Assembly: GCF_001194135.2 (NCBI RefSeq)
Contig: NC_068985.1
Coordinates: 31,551,558-31,615,557 of the forward strand
From: Octopus bimaculoides
Lineage: Eukaryota
DNA length: 64,000 nucleotides
Direction of reading: 5' to 3'
Below, in pieces: positions 1 through 12,714 of this stretch. The first letter of the stretch is position 1; each line of letters opens with the position of its first letter. The notes beneath the pieces were generated by a model, which was not told where the DNA came from, did no database searches, and saw only the letters and a list, made by a program, of their open reading frames with translations. A program made the position numbers and the translations under genes.

Positions 1-926
1 AATAACTTAAAGGAAAATGAACTCCCAATGAACTTTCAACTCTTGGTTAGATCCTGACATTTCACTTCTGTTCTTTTCACTTGACTAGTATTTCTGAAAA
101 AAGTATAAGCAATGAAACATTATTAATTCTCTGAAACTCCAAAATTTTTGCCTTATTAAGAAGCCACTATGTTATTGCTTCAATGAATTATTCATAATAA
201 AGAAATAGTTGAGAAACATCTCCTTCATACATCATTTACATGAAGCTACACACCAAACAAAATGACCATCTAAGATAAGTAAAATTTATTTAAAATATAA
301 AATATTTGGAAATTGATTGGGATCTCACATATAAAGAATACTCAGATCCAGTTTGAATTCTCAGTAAAAAAAATACAGAAGAAAAAGTAAATTAATATTA
401 TTGGAAAATAAAAAACAAAAAACAAAACCTCTAGAATTTTATAGATTTTGTGGAAAATTTTTGAAAAATTTTGAGTTGAAAGAAGGACAGCATCCTGAAT
501 AGCAAAAATTACTGTAGTTGATGCTCAGGTTGAATTTTTGTTAATAGATGCCTATGATAAAATGTGAATCCTGTAGAAATTTCAGAGAGATAGTTTTGAG
601 AGAGAATATTGAACAAAGAGATTAGTTTGTGCTTGGGGATAATATACAATGGAGATGAGAAGAGAAGAGGCAAATGTATGAGCTGGTAACAAACAGCTTT
701 ATAAGTTCAAATGAGCAGAAGCCATTATCATAGGAGAGACAGATAAAAAGCAATGTATTTGTGAGCTAGAAGTTGCAGTACTTTGCCATTTAGTTAGATA
801 GCATTCTTTTGGCTGTGTTATAGGAGGCCAAGATGTTCATCAATAGGACCATACCAGAATGTAAGCAACATTTTAACATGGGCTACATTTCAATTCTACA
901 GGATTAGCAACTGATCAGGACTAAAG

Positions 927-1320
927 TATTGGGTTTTCTCATAAGTAATGCAGCTTTTTCAATTGCATGAACTAAAAGTTGGAGGGGAATGAGATAAACT
1001 ACCTGCATCAACTTGCTATAAAAGCAGGAAGTAATTTTACCTTGTACTTATTCATTAGTACAAGTTGTGAAGAGCGCAGTTCGATTTTAACAGTTAGTTT
1101 TTCGAAGTTATAATGAAAGTGACAAAGGAGCATATTCAGCATATTTTGCTTTATGAGTTCAATAAAGGCAACAATGCAATGGAAAGTGCGAGGAATATTA
1201 ATGCAGTATATGGGGATCAGACAGTAAGTGTAAGCCTGTGTCAATGGTGGTTCCAGAAATTCCAAGCTGGAAACTACAGCCTAGAAGACAAGCATTGTCC
1301 TGGAAGATCTGTAGAGCTCA
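927..1320 (+). mobile_element. Mariner transposon 5' fragment (left TIR plus N-terminal HTH of transposase), truncated
   Basis: TIR-like TATTGGGT at 927. ORF 1113-1370 (KEHIQHILLYEFNKGNNAMESARNINAVYG...QWWFQKFQAGNYSLED...GRS) is a Mos1/SETMAR-type HTH. Same family as the copy at 29598-30828. Confidence 0.88.
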
Positions 1321-1788
1321 GTGAAACAAATAAAAAAGAACAAATAAATAAAATAAATAAAATAGAATAATAAAAAAAAAAACAACTTTTTAATAAACAA
1401 GATGTTTTATCATTTATTTAAAAATTTAGTGCAGTAAATAGTAGAATAAGTAATGTTGGACAAAATTCTTTGCAGTATTTAGTTACATTGAATTACTTGG
1501 ATTTTAGTGGAGCTGATTTCATCTTTCAATCTATCAGTTAAGTATTATGGTCATAATTTTTTAATTTAAGAGCTTCAAGTTTTAAAAAAATAATAGAGTA
1601 CCAGTCAGTATTTAGTTTGATTTCTTATGTTTTGAGCTCAAATACCACTCAATACTTTGTCTTATATCCCATTTGTGTTGGTAAAAGAAAAATTACCAGG
1701 GGTATGCTGAGCTGAATCAGTCCTTATATTCTTTGAATTGAAATTTTATTGAAAATGATTTCAATTTTTTATTTTTCTTGCTAGTTTA

Positions 1789-2140
1789 TAGGTGCAGGCA
1801 TACCTGTCTGATAAGAAGTTTAATTCTCAACCACATGGTTCCAGGTGCAGTCCACTGTGTAACACTAAGGTTTTGTAAGTGGATTTGCTAGATGGAAACT
1901 GAAAGAAGCCCATTGAATATATATGTGTGTGTGTCTTTGTGTTTGTCCCCATCACTGCTTTACAAATGGTTTTGGTTTGTTTATGTTTTCATAACTTAGC
2001 AGTTTGGCAAAACAAAACTGATAAAATAAGTATCATGCTTAGAAAGAAAGTACTGCTCCAGCATGGTCACAGTCTAATGATTGAAACAAATAAAAAAGAA
2101 CAAATAAATAAAATAAATAAAATAGAATAATAAAAAAGAA
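1789..2140 (+). mobile_element. tRNA-derived SINE (abundant octopus-type family), degenerate
   Basis: Head AAGAAGTTT..CAACCACATGGTTCCAGGTGCAGTCC, central GATGGAAACTGAAAGAAGCCC, TG microsatellite, A-rich tail after GATTGAAACAAAT. Homologous copies at about 5402, 8497, 14451, 22570 and 52718. Confidence 0.75.
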
Positions 2141-3699
2141 TAAAATATGTAACTAAATTATAGCATGTTCAAAAGGTTATTTGTTTCAGAATTTATCTTG
2201 TATCTAATGAAAAGAAATTATTAGTGAGTTTCATTTTTGGCACAAAATATACTGATTAAATAATATATTGAATCATCACTCAAAATAAATATCAATTTAG
2301 TAATATATTTTCATAATAAATTAACTGAATTTTTATGAGATATAAAGTTAAATGTATAAAATAATGCTCAAAATGAGACAGGCTTGATATTAATGCTAAA
2401 TATAGCTAATCAGTTGGACTATAACTGGATTCCTCATTTGTCATTAAAAAATAAACAAAAAAAGAATAAAACAAAACTTGAAAGCAATCAGTATTTATAA
2501 TACTTTCCTAGAAAGTTAGGAATGTTATTTATTCTACCATTTGGGAATCAGAGACAAAAATTATTAAAAATTGGTTTTATAGTAGTACATTTAGTTATGT
2601 TGGCACATTTAGGGTAAGAAAAGAGTAAACAACAGATTCTGAGCCAAAATTATTAGAGTGAAGTATTGAGAGCTTATGAAACATTCCTTTATGAAAATGG
2701 CAGAGTTGCTAAGCATCTGTTGTATGATATAAAATACAACAGAAAAAAAAAACATAAACCAACATAAACAGTATTCTTTCTAATAGGCAATCTTTAGCAT
2801 TTAGACTTGTTTAAAGATTGTAATGTGATTAGTTTGTATGAGATAAAGCTTAAGTAATTTTCTAAAGATTCTGAATAATAAGCACAGCATATGATTTTTT
2901 ACAGCAAACATTGTTTTCCAAACATCATCTGCTACTCTTGAACAAAACTAAGACTTGTTGGCATTTTATTTCATTTTACTTATGAATATCAAGTGAAAGA
3001 ATACAATTCTAGCAAGTATTTAAAGTATCAAATTGTTTGAAGCTTTGCTGGAATTATTTGTTGATTTAGTCAAAACTATAATAAACAGATGAATTATGAG
3101 AAATAGATTAAGACAGTTATGCGACACAAAACAACCAGATGTTGAGACACACACAATTTCAAATATTAGAGTATATACATATACATGTTGGTGGAGCTCC
3201 ATTGTATGAGGATGATAATTCAGTTATTTTATGAACTGAATAACCTACTCTTGAACTAATGTATAAGTGGCCGAGTATTCCAGATACATGTACCCTTAAC
3301 ATAACAAGCAAAATAAGCATGACACAGTGCGTAGTGTGTAAAGAGTTTATCTTTTGATTTATGGATAGAATTTAACTGATGGGCTAACAGTTTCTATCTA
3401 CCCAGTTACACTCACTAGATATGTGTTGACCAGAAGCTATAGGAAATGACATTTACCCAAGATGCTATGTAGTGTGACTGAATGCAGGAATGTGCAGTTG
3501 TGAAGTGAACTTCTTGACCATTCAGCCATACTACATACACATACACGTTTATGCACCTATATGAGTACACTTGCCACCACTTTGGTGAAACAGTGATGTT
3601 GGCATTCCTTGTCATTATTTGCACTTTCAAAGACCTCAGAAATTTCAGAAGACCTGTTTTTCCGTCGAGTCCCTTACCCACAAAAAAACTGGTAAGAGT

Positions 3700-5398
3700 T
3701 GGTAACAAAAGTACCTGACTATAAAATCTTGTCTCAAATAACTCAAACACACACACATGTAACCTATGGGCGCATAAGAGATGCAGTGGAATTTTGGGAA
3801 GATTATCAGATAAGGTTGCTTTCAGTAAGTACTAAGAGCATGAGGGACTTAAACTCTCTCAAATGCCCAAGAAGCTCTCTTGAGGTGGTAGATAATTTCT
3901 GCTATTTAGGTGACCAAATTAGTAATGGTGGTGGATGCTCTGAAAGTATTGTTCCCAGAATAAGATAACTACTACCTTTGTTGGCAGTAAAAGGACTCTC
4001 TCACAGAGTGAAAGATAGGTTGTATGATGCTTGTGTGAGAACAGCTATGTTACATGGTAGTGAGACATGGGCTCTGGCTGCAGACATGCATAGGCTGAAG
4101 AAGAATAAAGGTAGTATACTCTGTTGGATTTGCAACATCAGTGCGCATGACCAACAAAGCACAACTGTGTTGAGAGAAAAGCTAGACATAAGAAGGATTA
4201 AATATGGTATGCAGGAGAGGAGACTGCATTGGTTTGAACATGTGATGTGGTGATGTGTATGAATGGAGACAGCTGTATTAAGAAATGCTGGTCACTGAAA
4301 GTGGATGGTACCTGTGGAAGAGGGAGACCCAGGAAGGCATAGGATGAAGTCGTGAGGACTGATCTTAGGATGTTGAGGCTCAGGGAAGAAATGACAGTAG
4401 ACCGAGATGTTTGGCAATATAAGGTCCTAGGGAAGACCGGTCCATGAAACTGAGTGTTAGGGGAGTTGTGTCTCACCCACATGTAACAACACACTTTATC
4501 CACTCTACCCTAAGGAATCAAACTACAACTCCTCTTCTAATTGCATCTTTCTCTTCCTCACATTTCCTCCTCATACATTGATTGTTTACCAATCCCCTTT
4601 TTTGCCCTCACTACCATGCTCACTGTATCACTGCTCCCTCTACACTCACTCTCTATTTTACTAACCAGGTTCTACTCTCATATTCTTGTTACTTGTGAGT
4701 ATACTCTAGCACTACACCATCTCTTTTCTGCTGTTTCCTACCCTCTCTCTCTTTCCCTTTGGTCACTCTCTCTCTTCTCTTGTTTTCCTTCTGACTAGGT
4801 AACCAAGTATCACCTTTACATCAGCACACTTGCTTCTGGCCTCTTTCTGTACCTCTCTCTCTCTCTCTGTCACTGGGTAACCATGTACCTCCTCTATAGC
4901 AAGACACCTATTTATACCTCTCTATTTCTCTGTTACACTCTAACCTTTCATCATCTGATACTGGATCACCTCCTCTAATCCCCCCTCTGTTGTGGCAAGA
5001 CACCTGCTTCTGTCTCTCTGTCTCTTTGTCACACTCTAACTTTCATCCTCTGACACAAATGCCCTCTCATAGTTCCTTGTCTTGTGAGTTACTTGGTTAC
5101 CCTGCCAGTGCCGGTGCCATGTTAAAATTATTCAGTCCTCACTGTAACATGGTTGGCATCTGGAAGGATATCCAGCTGTAAAATTCTTGCTAAAACTAAC
5201 TTCGCCTGTGCTAGTGCCACGTAAAAATCACTGAGTCCACTCTACAGTGTGGTAGGTGTTAGGAAGGGCATCCAACCATAAAATCCCTGTCAAAACAGAC
5301 ACAGTAGCCTTGGGTAGATTTTCTACCTGGCTGGCTCCTATCAACTGTCCTACCCATGCATGCATGGAAGATGGACATTAAACAATGATGATGATGAT
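3700..5398 (+). mobile_element. RTE-clade LINE, 5'-truncated (RT C-terminus plus long 3'UTR ending in (GAT)n)
   Basis: VVDNFCYLGDQISNGGGCSES and LYDACVRTAMLHGSETWAL in ORFs 3699-3968 and 3978-4253, with frameshifts and stops. Tail ...AGGAAGGGCATCC...TAAACAATGATGATGATGAT. Confidence 0.88.
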
Positions 5399-5401
5399 AT
5401 A

Positions 5402-5720
5402 TTCTTTTATTCTTTCATTTGTTTCAATCATCTGACTATGGCCATGCTGGAGCACTGTCTTTTTAGTCAAACAAATCGACCCCAGGACTTACTCTTTGTA
5501 AGCCTAGTACTTATTCTATCGGTCTCTTTTGCTGAACTACTAAATTACGGGGATGTAAACACACCAACATCGGTTGTCAAGTGATGATGGTGGAGACAAA
5601 CACAGACACACAAACATATACATACACACATGTATATATATATATATGCAGGTATGTGTGTGTGTACACACACAAATAAATATGTATGAATGTATGTATA
5701 TATGTTTGTGTGTGTGTATG
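5402..5720 (-). mobile_element. tRNA-derived SINE, 3' portion
   Basis: Reverse complement of the SINE body at 1789-2140 and 22570-22960 (GGCCATGCTGGAGCAC...TTCTATCGGTCTCTTTTGC...GGAGACAAACAC). Confidence 0.75.
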
Positions 5721-6124
5721 TTGCTAATGTCAGTTGATTCGTCAACTTGTGGAGCAAATTCTAAGTTCTGAAGTTTGTTCTGTACATNNNNNNNNNNATA
5801 CACTGTAGAACTGTCAAAGATATGCTTTTTTCTAAAATTGAATAAAATAAATAAAATAATGATGAATAAACATGTACTCGTACATGATGAACAAAATGAA
5901 TAATAATAATAATAATGATAATAATAATAATAATAATAATAAATAATAATAATAATAATAATAATAATATAAGTGTTATGTTTGGTCGTGCACCTTTGAC
6001 AAATGTTTTGGCACTTGACTTTTGGCTCACTTTATGTATATATATATATATGCAGGTATGTGTGTGTGTACACACACAAATAAATATGTATGAATGTATG
6101 TATATATGTTTGTGTGTGTGTATG

Positions 6125-6380
6125 TTGCTAATGTCAGTTGATTCGTCAACTTGTGGAGCAAATTCTAAGTTCTGAAGTTTGTTCTGTACATTTTCCTCTA
6201 TACCAGCAGATAAATCCATAATTCTCCTATGGATTGTATTATTTGAGTGTGGAATCTTGCTTATTTCTTGCTCGGCTTCATTACCTAACATGGTTTTTAA
6301 CCATCTTTCTACAAGTGGGCAAGATAGTCGACTTGTCTAAAGTATGCGATTTCGTTTGGAGTGCAATCATTTCTACTGGC
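6125..6380 (-). mobile_element. hAT (Buster/ZBED5/FAM200-like) transposase fragment
   Basis: Minus-strand translation EMIALQTKSHTLDKSTILPTCRKMV..MLGNEAEQEISKIPHSNNTIHRRIMDLSAGIEENVQNKLQNLEFAPQVDESTDISN matches the Buster-type SNxTxxRRI and FxxQxDESTD motifs. Confidence 0.82.
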
Positions 6381-6381
6381 T

Positions 6382-6755
6382 TGCTTTTCTCATGGTCAAC
6401 TTTATGTTGGTTGTTCCAGGGTAGGTAGTTTGCAAGACTTATTTGTCTATGCTCCAAATCAGAAAACAAAGAATGTTGTTTACCCAGAAGCTCTTACATA
6501 ATTTCCTTCAACATATGTGGTAGAATATATCTCCTTTCATAAAAGTGGTAAATTTTGTATTTTCGTTTATTATTGTTATTATTATTTTGTATTATGAATT
6601 CAGAATTGATTTCCCAATTAAAGAATAAATTGTATCCCAATTAAAGAATAAATTGAATTTAGAATATCAAATTTCTATACAACATATTTTGCTTTTTTTT
6701 CTCCAACATGTAAAGAAAAATTTCATTCCCAGGCAATGCCAGGTACCTCTGCTAG
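6382..6755 (+). mobile_element. Helitron 3' end: RepHel helicase C-terminus plus terminal hairpin and CTAG
   Basis: 6382-6501 translates as CFSHGQLYVGCSRVGSLQDLFVYAPNQKTKNVVYPEALT* (PIF1 FSHGQLYVAxSRV motif and Helitron NVVY C-terminus). This is not in the ORF track. Decayed hairpin CCCAGGCAATGCCAGG is followed by CTAG (6752-6755) and T. Confidence 0.85.
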
Positions 6756-7410
6756 TACTAGATAAAAAGTAGCAGGCATGGCTATGTGTTTAAGAAGTTC
6801 CCTTCAAAACCACCTGGTTTTGGGTTTAGTCCCATTGTATAGCATCTTGGGCAGGTATCTTCTTTGCTACTATGATCTACTTTTGTATATCAGTACATTT
6901 TCCACTTGATTTACAATTAGAGTACATATGATATAAAACTGCCAATGGAAAACTAATGAGAAGAGAAGAAAGTTAAATGACAATGACTGGGTAGAGATGA
7001 AAGACAAGATGAATGATAATCAAGCAAATAGAAAATTTGAGTTGAGGAGAAACATAAAGAAAATCAAAGACTGAAAGATATGAAACAGAAAGAGGAGTGA
7101 GACATAAGTAAAGTTGAAATCTATGCATGACAGAAAGATTAAAAAAGAGATAAAACAACAATGATGAAAATATAAAGTTATAAAGTAAATGAGAATTGAA
7201 ACAGAAAGTAAAATATGAAAATAAAATATTACATTTATTTATTTGTTTTGCAAGATTCTTGATGTGAAATTGAGTATTGAAACAGATATTATTATATTTG
7301 GGAATAATCATATTTTACCAACCAACCAACCAATCAACCAACCAACCAACCAACCAGTCACATGCATTATATGTTTGGTCTTTACTCCAACTTATCATTT
7401 TTGTTTCTTT

Positions 7411-7454
7411 GTCAAAGCTTTTTCATCACACATCCTGTGACCTCTTCAGTGACT
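7411..7454 (-). ncRNA. Decayed minimal type I hammerhead ribozyme motif (Penelope-associated)
   Basis: Minus strand reads GTCA-CTGAAGA-G-GTCACA ggatg TGTGAT-GAAA-AAGCTT-TGAC: stem I GUCA/UGAC, CUGANGA core, 6-bp stem II, GAAA, palindromic AAGCUU. It lies downstream of the GIY-YIG fragment on the same strand. Confidence 0.55.
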
Positions 7455-7789
7455 CTTTATCCCACATGTCTCCCCTTGGTTTGCTTAGTCTATTTTGTCT
7501 TTCTGTGGTATGTATACTTATCTATGCATGCATTTCCATCTGTGTGTGTGTGTGCACACACGTGCATGTGCTTGTCTATGTGTTTAGTATGTTTTGTGTG
7601 CGTGTATATGAGTTTGCTTACTATACTGTTTGTATCCATGTCTTTTATTTAATTATTTAATTTATTTTTATTTACTTATTTGTTTGTTTTTTACTTTCTC
7701 ATTCTGTCTTTAGTGTGTGTATGTGTGTGTGCCATTTTGTCTTTCATCATTGGGTTGCATACTCTTTTGTCGCAGAGGGGAGAGGAGGG

Positions 7790-8200
7790 GTGTTATTATT
7801 CCATTCATGCTTTCTATTGAGGCTTGGCCTCCGTAATCTGTCTAAGTATTGTGTCTGTTCTATGTGTTGATAATATCTTAATGCCTATGCTATTAACTGA
7901 GCCTCCATGTTCTAATTGAGCATGTTGGTAGAGCACTGACGAGCATTTCTCCTACCAGTTCACTTACCTGCTCATCTATGCTTTGTGCTGTCTCCCCAAT
8001 GTATGTCATTGTCCTGTTTCTGTACTGTCCCTCAGTATACCTTATATTATAGACTGCATTCCTAATCTTACAGTTTACCTGTGGGTTCATCCTATACACT
8101 TCACAGCTGCTATCCTTATAACCCTACAGATCAGGAATTTTATGGAAGTCCTTGACCTTTCTACTACTTCAATCCATAGATTCAGCCTAAGGTTTTTCTA
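7790..8200 (-). mobile_element. Penelope-like element fragment (GIY-YIG endonuclease)
   Basis: ORF 7893-8099 CKIRNAVYNIRY...TYIGETAQSIDEQVSE resembles the NxVYxIxC...YIGET PLE endonuclease signature. A downstream RQITEAK-like segment is present. Confidence 0.7.
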
Positions 8201-8210
8201 AAACAATATA

Positions 8211-8249
8211 CTAGTTTGCTGCGAGGGGTAGCATTTCAATGCTACCCCT
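8211..8249 (-). mobile_element. Helitron-type 3' terminus (hairpin plus CTAG)
   Basis: Perfect 11-bp hairpin AGGGGTAGCAT-ttca-ATGCTACCCCT (8224-8249). On the minus strand it is followed about 9 nt later by CTAG|T (plus 8211-8214). Confidence 0.6.
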
Positions 8250-8639
8250 GGGATGCAATTTTTGTAATGTAGAAGTGTAGCTATCATAGATGTATCTAAA
8301 ACTATAAGCATTACTACTAATGCTGAAAGTTTTAGATAACTGTCTCAGAAGTCAAAAGTAGAGAGGAAGAAAGCTATAGTGATGAAAGACTATGTTCTTG
8401 ATATATGCAGTGAGTGTCTTAGTGGTGTTAAAGGAGGTTAGGCTGGCATGTTTGCATTGCAGGATATTTTTCAAGTCTTCATTAATAATATACAGGTAAG
8501 GCATAGTTGTGTAGTTAAGAAGTTTGCTTCTCAACCATGTGAATTTGAGACCAGTCCCACTCCTAGTATCTTCTATTATAGCCTCAAGTCAACCAAAAAT
8601 TTGTGAATGGATTTGGCAGATAGAAACTGAATGAAGTTC

Positions 8640-8684
<45 letters not shown>

Positions 8685-9050
8685 TCATCATCATCATCAT
8701 TTAACGCCCGCTTTCCATGCTAGCATGGGTTGGATGATTTGACTGGGGATTGGCGAAGCGGATGGCTACACCAGACTCGAATCTGATCTGGCAGAGTTTC
8801 TACAGCTGGATGCCCTTCCTAACGCCAACCACTCCAAGAGTGTAGTGGGTGCTTTTACGTGTNNNNNNNNNNAACGCCAACCACTCCAAGAGTGTAGTGG
8901 GTGCTTTTACGTGTCACCGGCACAAAGGCCAGCCAGGCGATACTGGCAACGGCCACGCTCAAAATGGTGTATTTTCTGTGCCACTCGCACAAGAGCCAGT
9001 CCGGGGGCACTGGTAACGATCTCGCTCAAAAGTCCTTACACATGCTGCGG
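8685..9050 (-). mobile_element. RTE 3'UTR / RTE-tail repeat
   Basis: (ATC)n then TTTAACGCCCGCTTTCCATGCTAGCATGGGTTGG...GGATGCCCTTCCTAACGCCAACCACTCC, the reverse of the tail at 55820-56185. Confidence 0.75.
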
Positions 9051-9084
9051 GCACAAGTGCCAGAAAGTATATATATATATATGA

Positions 9085-9340
9085 AGGCATGTAGCTGAGT
9101 AGTTAGAGTGTTGTACTCATAATCGTAAGATCAGGGTTCTGATTCCCACACCAGCAGTGTGTTGTGTTCTTGAGCAAAACATTTCAGTTTATATAGCTTC
9201 AGTCTACTCAGCTGTAAATAGGTAACCTGCAATAGGCAGGTGTTCTGTTCAGGGGTAATGTTTGTCTGCCCACCTAGCTAGTGTGCTGGCATCATTCGAA
9301 AGCTAAAACAATGCAAGGAAGTGCATTGAAACCAGAGGTG
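9085..9340 (+). mobile_element. tRNA-derived SINE, second family (GTGTTCTTGAGCAAAAC core)
   Basis: A-box-like GTAGCTGAGTAGTTAG and B-box-like GGTTCTGATTCCC. Related copies at about 42565-42720 (+) and 55310-55540 (-). Confidence 0.6.
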
Positions 9341-9619
9341 TATAATGGCATCTGGTAGTTTGGTTGATACAGTGATACTGTGATATGTGTCTGTGTGTTT
9401 ACTTGTGTATATCATGTGGCAGTTGTAAATGAGTATCACTGTTGTTCATTTTGTGTCTTCTGTAAAAAACCATATCTGGCCATGGGAAAATGTAACCTCG
9501 CTTGGAAACAGGTGAGGGTTGGTGACAGGAAGGTTGGTTGAATTAAATTTGCCTCAATAAATTTTCTGAACCATCCAAGCATGGAAAAGTGGACATTAAA
9601 TGATGATGATGTTGTCAGT

Positions 9620-11200
9620 CTAGCATGAGGTATCTAGGGTCAATGTGAATGATGACTTTATTTTAAGGTTATGGAGGAATGAAGTATGTTACATTTTTAT
9701 TAAAGGAGTGTATGATATGGTTAGAAGGCCAAGAAGATTGATAACATAGTGTAGGAATAGTATAGAAAACATGACTTAACCCATAGTAGATAGAATGTAG
9801 GTCAGTGAGGATTGTGAGGTAACTTCCAAAAATTCAATAGAAAATAAGACAAGAAAAATGGTACCCTTAAGCAGCAACTTTGCAAAAGGAATTTCATACC
9901 AGATGTGATCAAAAGTTTTGCTAACGTCAAGAAGAATGATATTGTTTTTAGCAAAGCTTTTAGTAGAACTGGCATTTTAGTAACCATAAGGTGGTCACTG
10001 AGAGGCAAAGTGAACCAAGTTGACTGATGAATGCTTGTTCTTCACCTTTAAGATGTTTTTTGAGAGAGAAAAAGAGGAAACAGGAAGGAAATTTACTGTA
10101 TGATGAGATTGTTGTTATTGTTTAGAACCAAGTCAATCTTAGCTAAGCAGACCTATGATCAAACACATTCCAGCCATGACCATCCTGTCTCTTTATGTGT
10201 ATCAAGAACTACTTTATCATATATGTCTTCCCTTTTTAAGATGGTGGGATGTAATATGAGGGAAATGTGATTGCTATATCTAGTAGATAAAAACCACAAA
10301 GAGGCTCCTTCATTGAGTGTGTGGAGTTATAGGTAAAGTGGGCATGAGCAAGTGGAATTGAGAAACAGTGAGTTTGAGAGGTGACTTTTGTGTGAGCTGA
10401 GTAGAAATGGAAGCAAAATAAGCAGCTTTGTTGGTAAAAAAACTGCTTTCAGAGCTATCTTGGTTGAAGAATGACAGGTAAGTTAATTGCATAAACAAGG
10501 TGAGCATGTTTACATGCTCTGTGATACACAGTAACATTTTTTGCTTTGATGATGCTCACATGGTACAGTGGCGCATAAATACATACTTGTTGAGGATAGT
10601 GGATGATTTCTCCCAGATCCCATTGGTAATATTCTTAGATGTAGGACATCTATGATTTGAAATTTCAAGCTTTGGTTACATAAAAGATATAGAGAAACAT
10701 TTCAAGATAGAATGGCTCTCACAGATAAGTCAAAGATAAAGAATGGGATAGTTAGCATAGATGTGCTACATTTATTATCAATTTACTGTTTTACTAATAG
10801 GGATTTTGATGGATAGAAAATGCAAAATAGATTGTAATCTTATGGTATCTATTTCAGTTAGATGGATTGAACTATTGGAAAGCTGAAGCTCTCACCCAAG
10901 GGTTAAAAATATGCAGTTGTAGAATGAAATGCTTTTGTTAGGCAGCGGTTAGATTTTATGGAAGGAAGAGACTGTGATTGGGTTTGGAAGTAAGAGAATG
11001 GTCAACAGGATTTCAAGAGAAATTTGTCAGAGACCTGTGAGGATTATCTCAATCTCTGTATGTAACCTAGCCGGAAATCAGTGGCTGAAGAAGAGCCTGT
11101 CAACATATAAAGAATTTAGATGTTCTTCGTGAATAAAGGCCCTTCTTGCATTTATCAGTGGCCACTGCTAAAGAATCCTGTTCTCTTGTACCCTCTAACA
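9620..11200 (-). mobile_element. CR1-type LINE fragment (RT region and upstream), interrupted by a SINE
   Basis: Minus-strand IILLDVSKTFDHIWYE (LDISKAFDRVWH-like), a degenerate VPQ motif and a YINDL-like segment between about 9700 and 9950. The upstream extent is approximate. Confidence 0.65.
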
Positions 11201-11974
11201 AGCTGGGACAAGAGAAGATGCAGTAGCATTGCTGACATTGTTTAACCCACAACTTAATCCTGATTGAGCAGACCTATGATCAAAGGCATCTCAGCTGTAA
11301 TCATCTTGTCTTTTACTATGTGTAGGGAACTCAGGATCAAATTATCCACCATTCCCTTTTTTAAAAAACCATAAGATGTGATTTGAAGGAGATTTGACTG
11401 CCAATTTTAGAAAGTTGAGTGGCCTCTTAAAGACTCCCACATTGGCTTCATGTATTGTATGTTGTTCAAGATAGTAAATATCTCAGACTCTCTTCCAATA
11501 ATGTCCGTGTAAAGGGAATACAAGATCTAAAAGTGTGTATTGACATTAGGATGAGAGATTGTCAAACAACTGTTTGTGGTTAGAGTTCATAGAGCAGCAC
11601 ACACAGCATATGAATTGAGAAGAATGAAGAGACATGAAATTTTCAGTCACAGTAACTGGAAGTCTTTGTTACTCCTGTCCCAGTGAGAAAGATGTAAAGA
11701 GAAGATTCCTTGTAATATTATGGTACCTATTTCAGTTACATAAATTGAGTCCTTGGAAAGCTGCAGCTCTCACCCAAGGAATAAAATACGAAATTTTGTT
11801 TGTAATACAACTTCTAGTACCATCAATTCTTTCATTCAAATCATGCCATATTTATTGATTTTAACAATATTCATTTTTAACAGTATTCATTTTGCATATC
11901 ACTGCAAAGATTGATTGAAAGCTGATGCTTGTGTTTAGAAATTAATGTTTAGTAATCAATGACTAGCAGAGACT

Positions 11975-12530
11975 AGTATTTTCGCTATCTGGGCGACCAA
12001 GTTAGTAGTGGGGGTGGGTGCGCTGAAAGTGTAGCTGCTAGAATAAGAATAGCCTGGGCAAAGTTTAGAGAGCTCTTACCCCTGCTGGCGACAAAGGGAC
12101 TCTCACTCAGAGTAAAAGGCAGACTGTATGACGCATGCGTACGAACAACCATGCTACATGGCAGTGAAACATGGGCTGTAACTGCTGAGGACATACGTAA
12201 GCTCGCAAGGAATGAAGCCAGTATGCTCCGTTGGATGTGTAATGTCAATGTGAATACCCGTCAGAGTGTAAGTATCTTGAGAGAAAAGCTGAATATTAGA
12301 AGCATCAGTTGTGGCATGCAAGAGAGACGATTGCGCTGGTATGGACATGTGGTGAGAATGGAGGAGGATAGCTGCGTGAAAATGTGCCACACCCTAACAG
12401 TTGAGGGAACCCGTGGAAGAGGTAGGCCCAGGAAGACCTGGGCTGAGGTGGTGAGGCAAGACCTTCGTACATTGGGCCTCACCGAGGCGATGACTACTGA
12501 CCGAGACCTTTGGAAATGTGCTGTGCAAGG
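11975..12530 (+). mobile_element. RTE-clade LINE fragment (RT C-terminus), relatively young
   Basis: RYLGDQVSSGGGCAESVAARIRIAWAKFRELLPLLATKGLSLRVKGRLYDACVRTTMLHGSETWAV...RGRGRPRKTW. CpGs are largely retained. Confidence 0.92.
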
Positions 12531-12714
12531 CCAGCAATTTCTGGGAAGAGGTAAATCAACTATATCAGCCCCAGTACATGACTGGTACCTACTTTATCAA
12601 CTCCAAAAGTATGAAAAGCAAAGTTGACCTTGGAATTTGAACTCAGAACAAAGAGACAGGACAAAATGTCATGAAGCATTTTGCCTGGTGTGCTAATGCT
12701 TCTGCCAGCTCACT

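Noticed and set aside
1322-2140. Identical A-rich tract of about 55 bp at 1323-1378 and 2083-2138, truncating the mariner
   Set aside because: It is a low-complexity SINE tail, too long for a TSD. Misassembly or a templated patch cannot be distinguished, and no function is suggested.
5620-6190. Near-identical duplication of about 165 bp (5620-5787 and 6036-6190), including part of the Buster fragment
   Set aside because: The first copy ends at a 10-N gap, typical of unmerged contig overlap. Similar duplications flank gaps at about 8860, 25690 and 38850.
10810-11790. Two similar segments of about 80 bp (10825-10905 and 11715-11790)
   Set aside because: Best explained as two pieces of the same CR1-like family.
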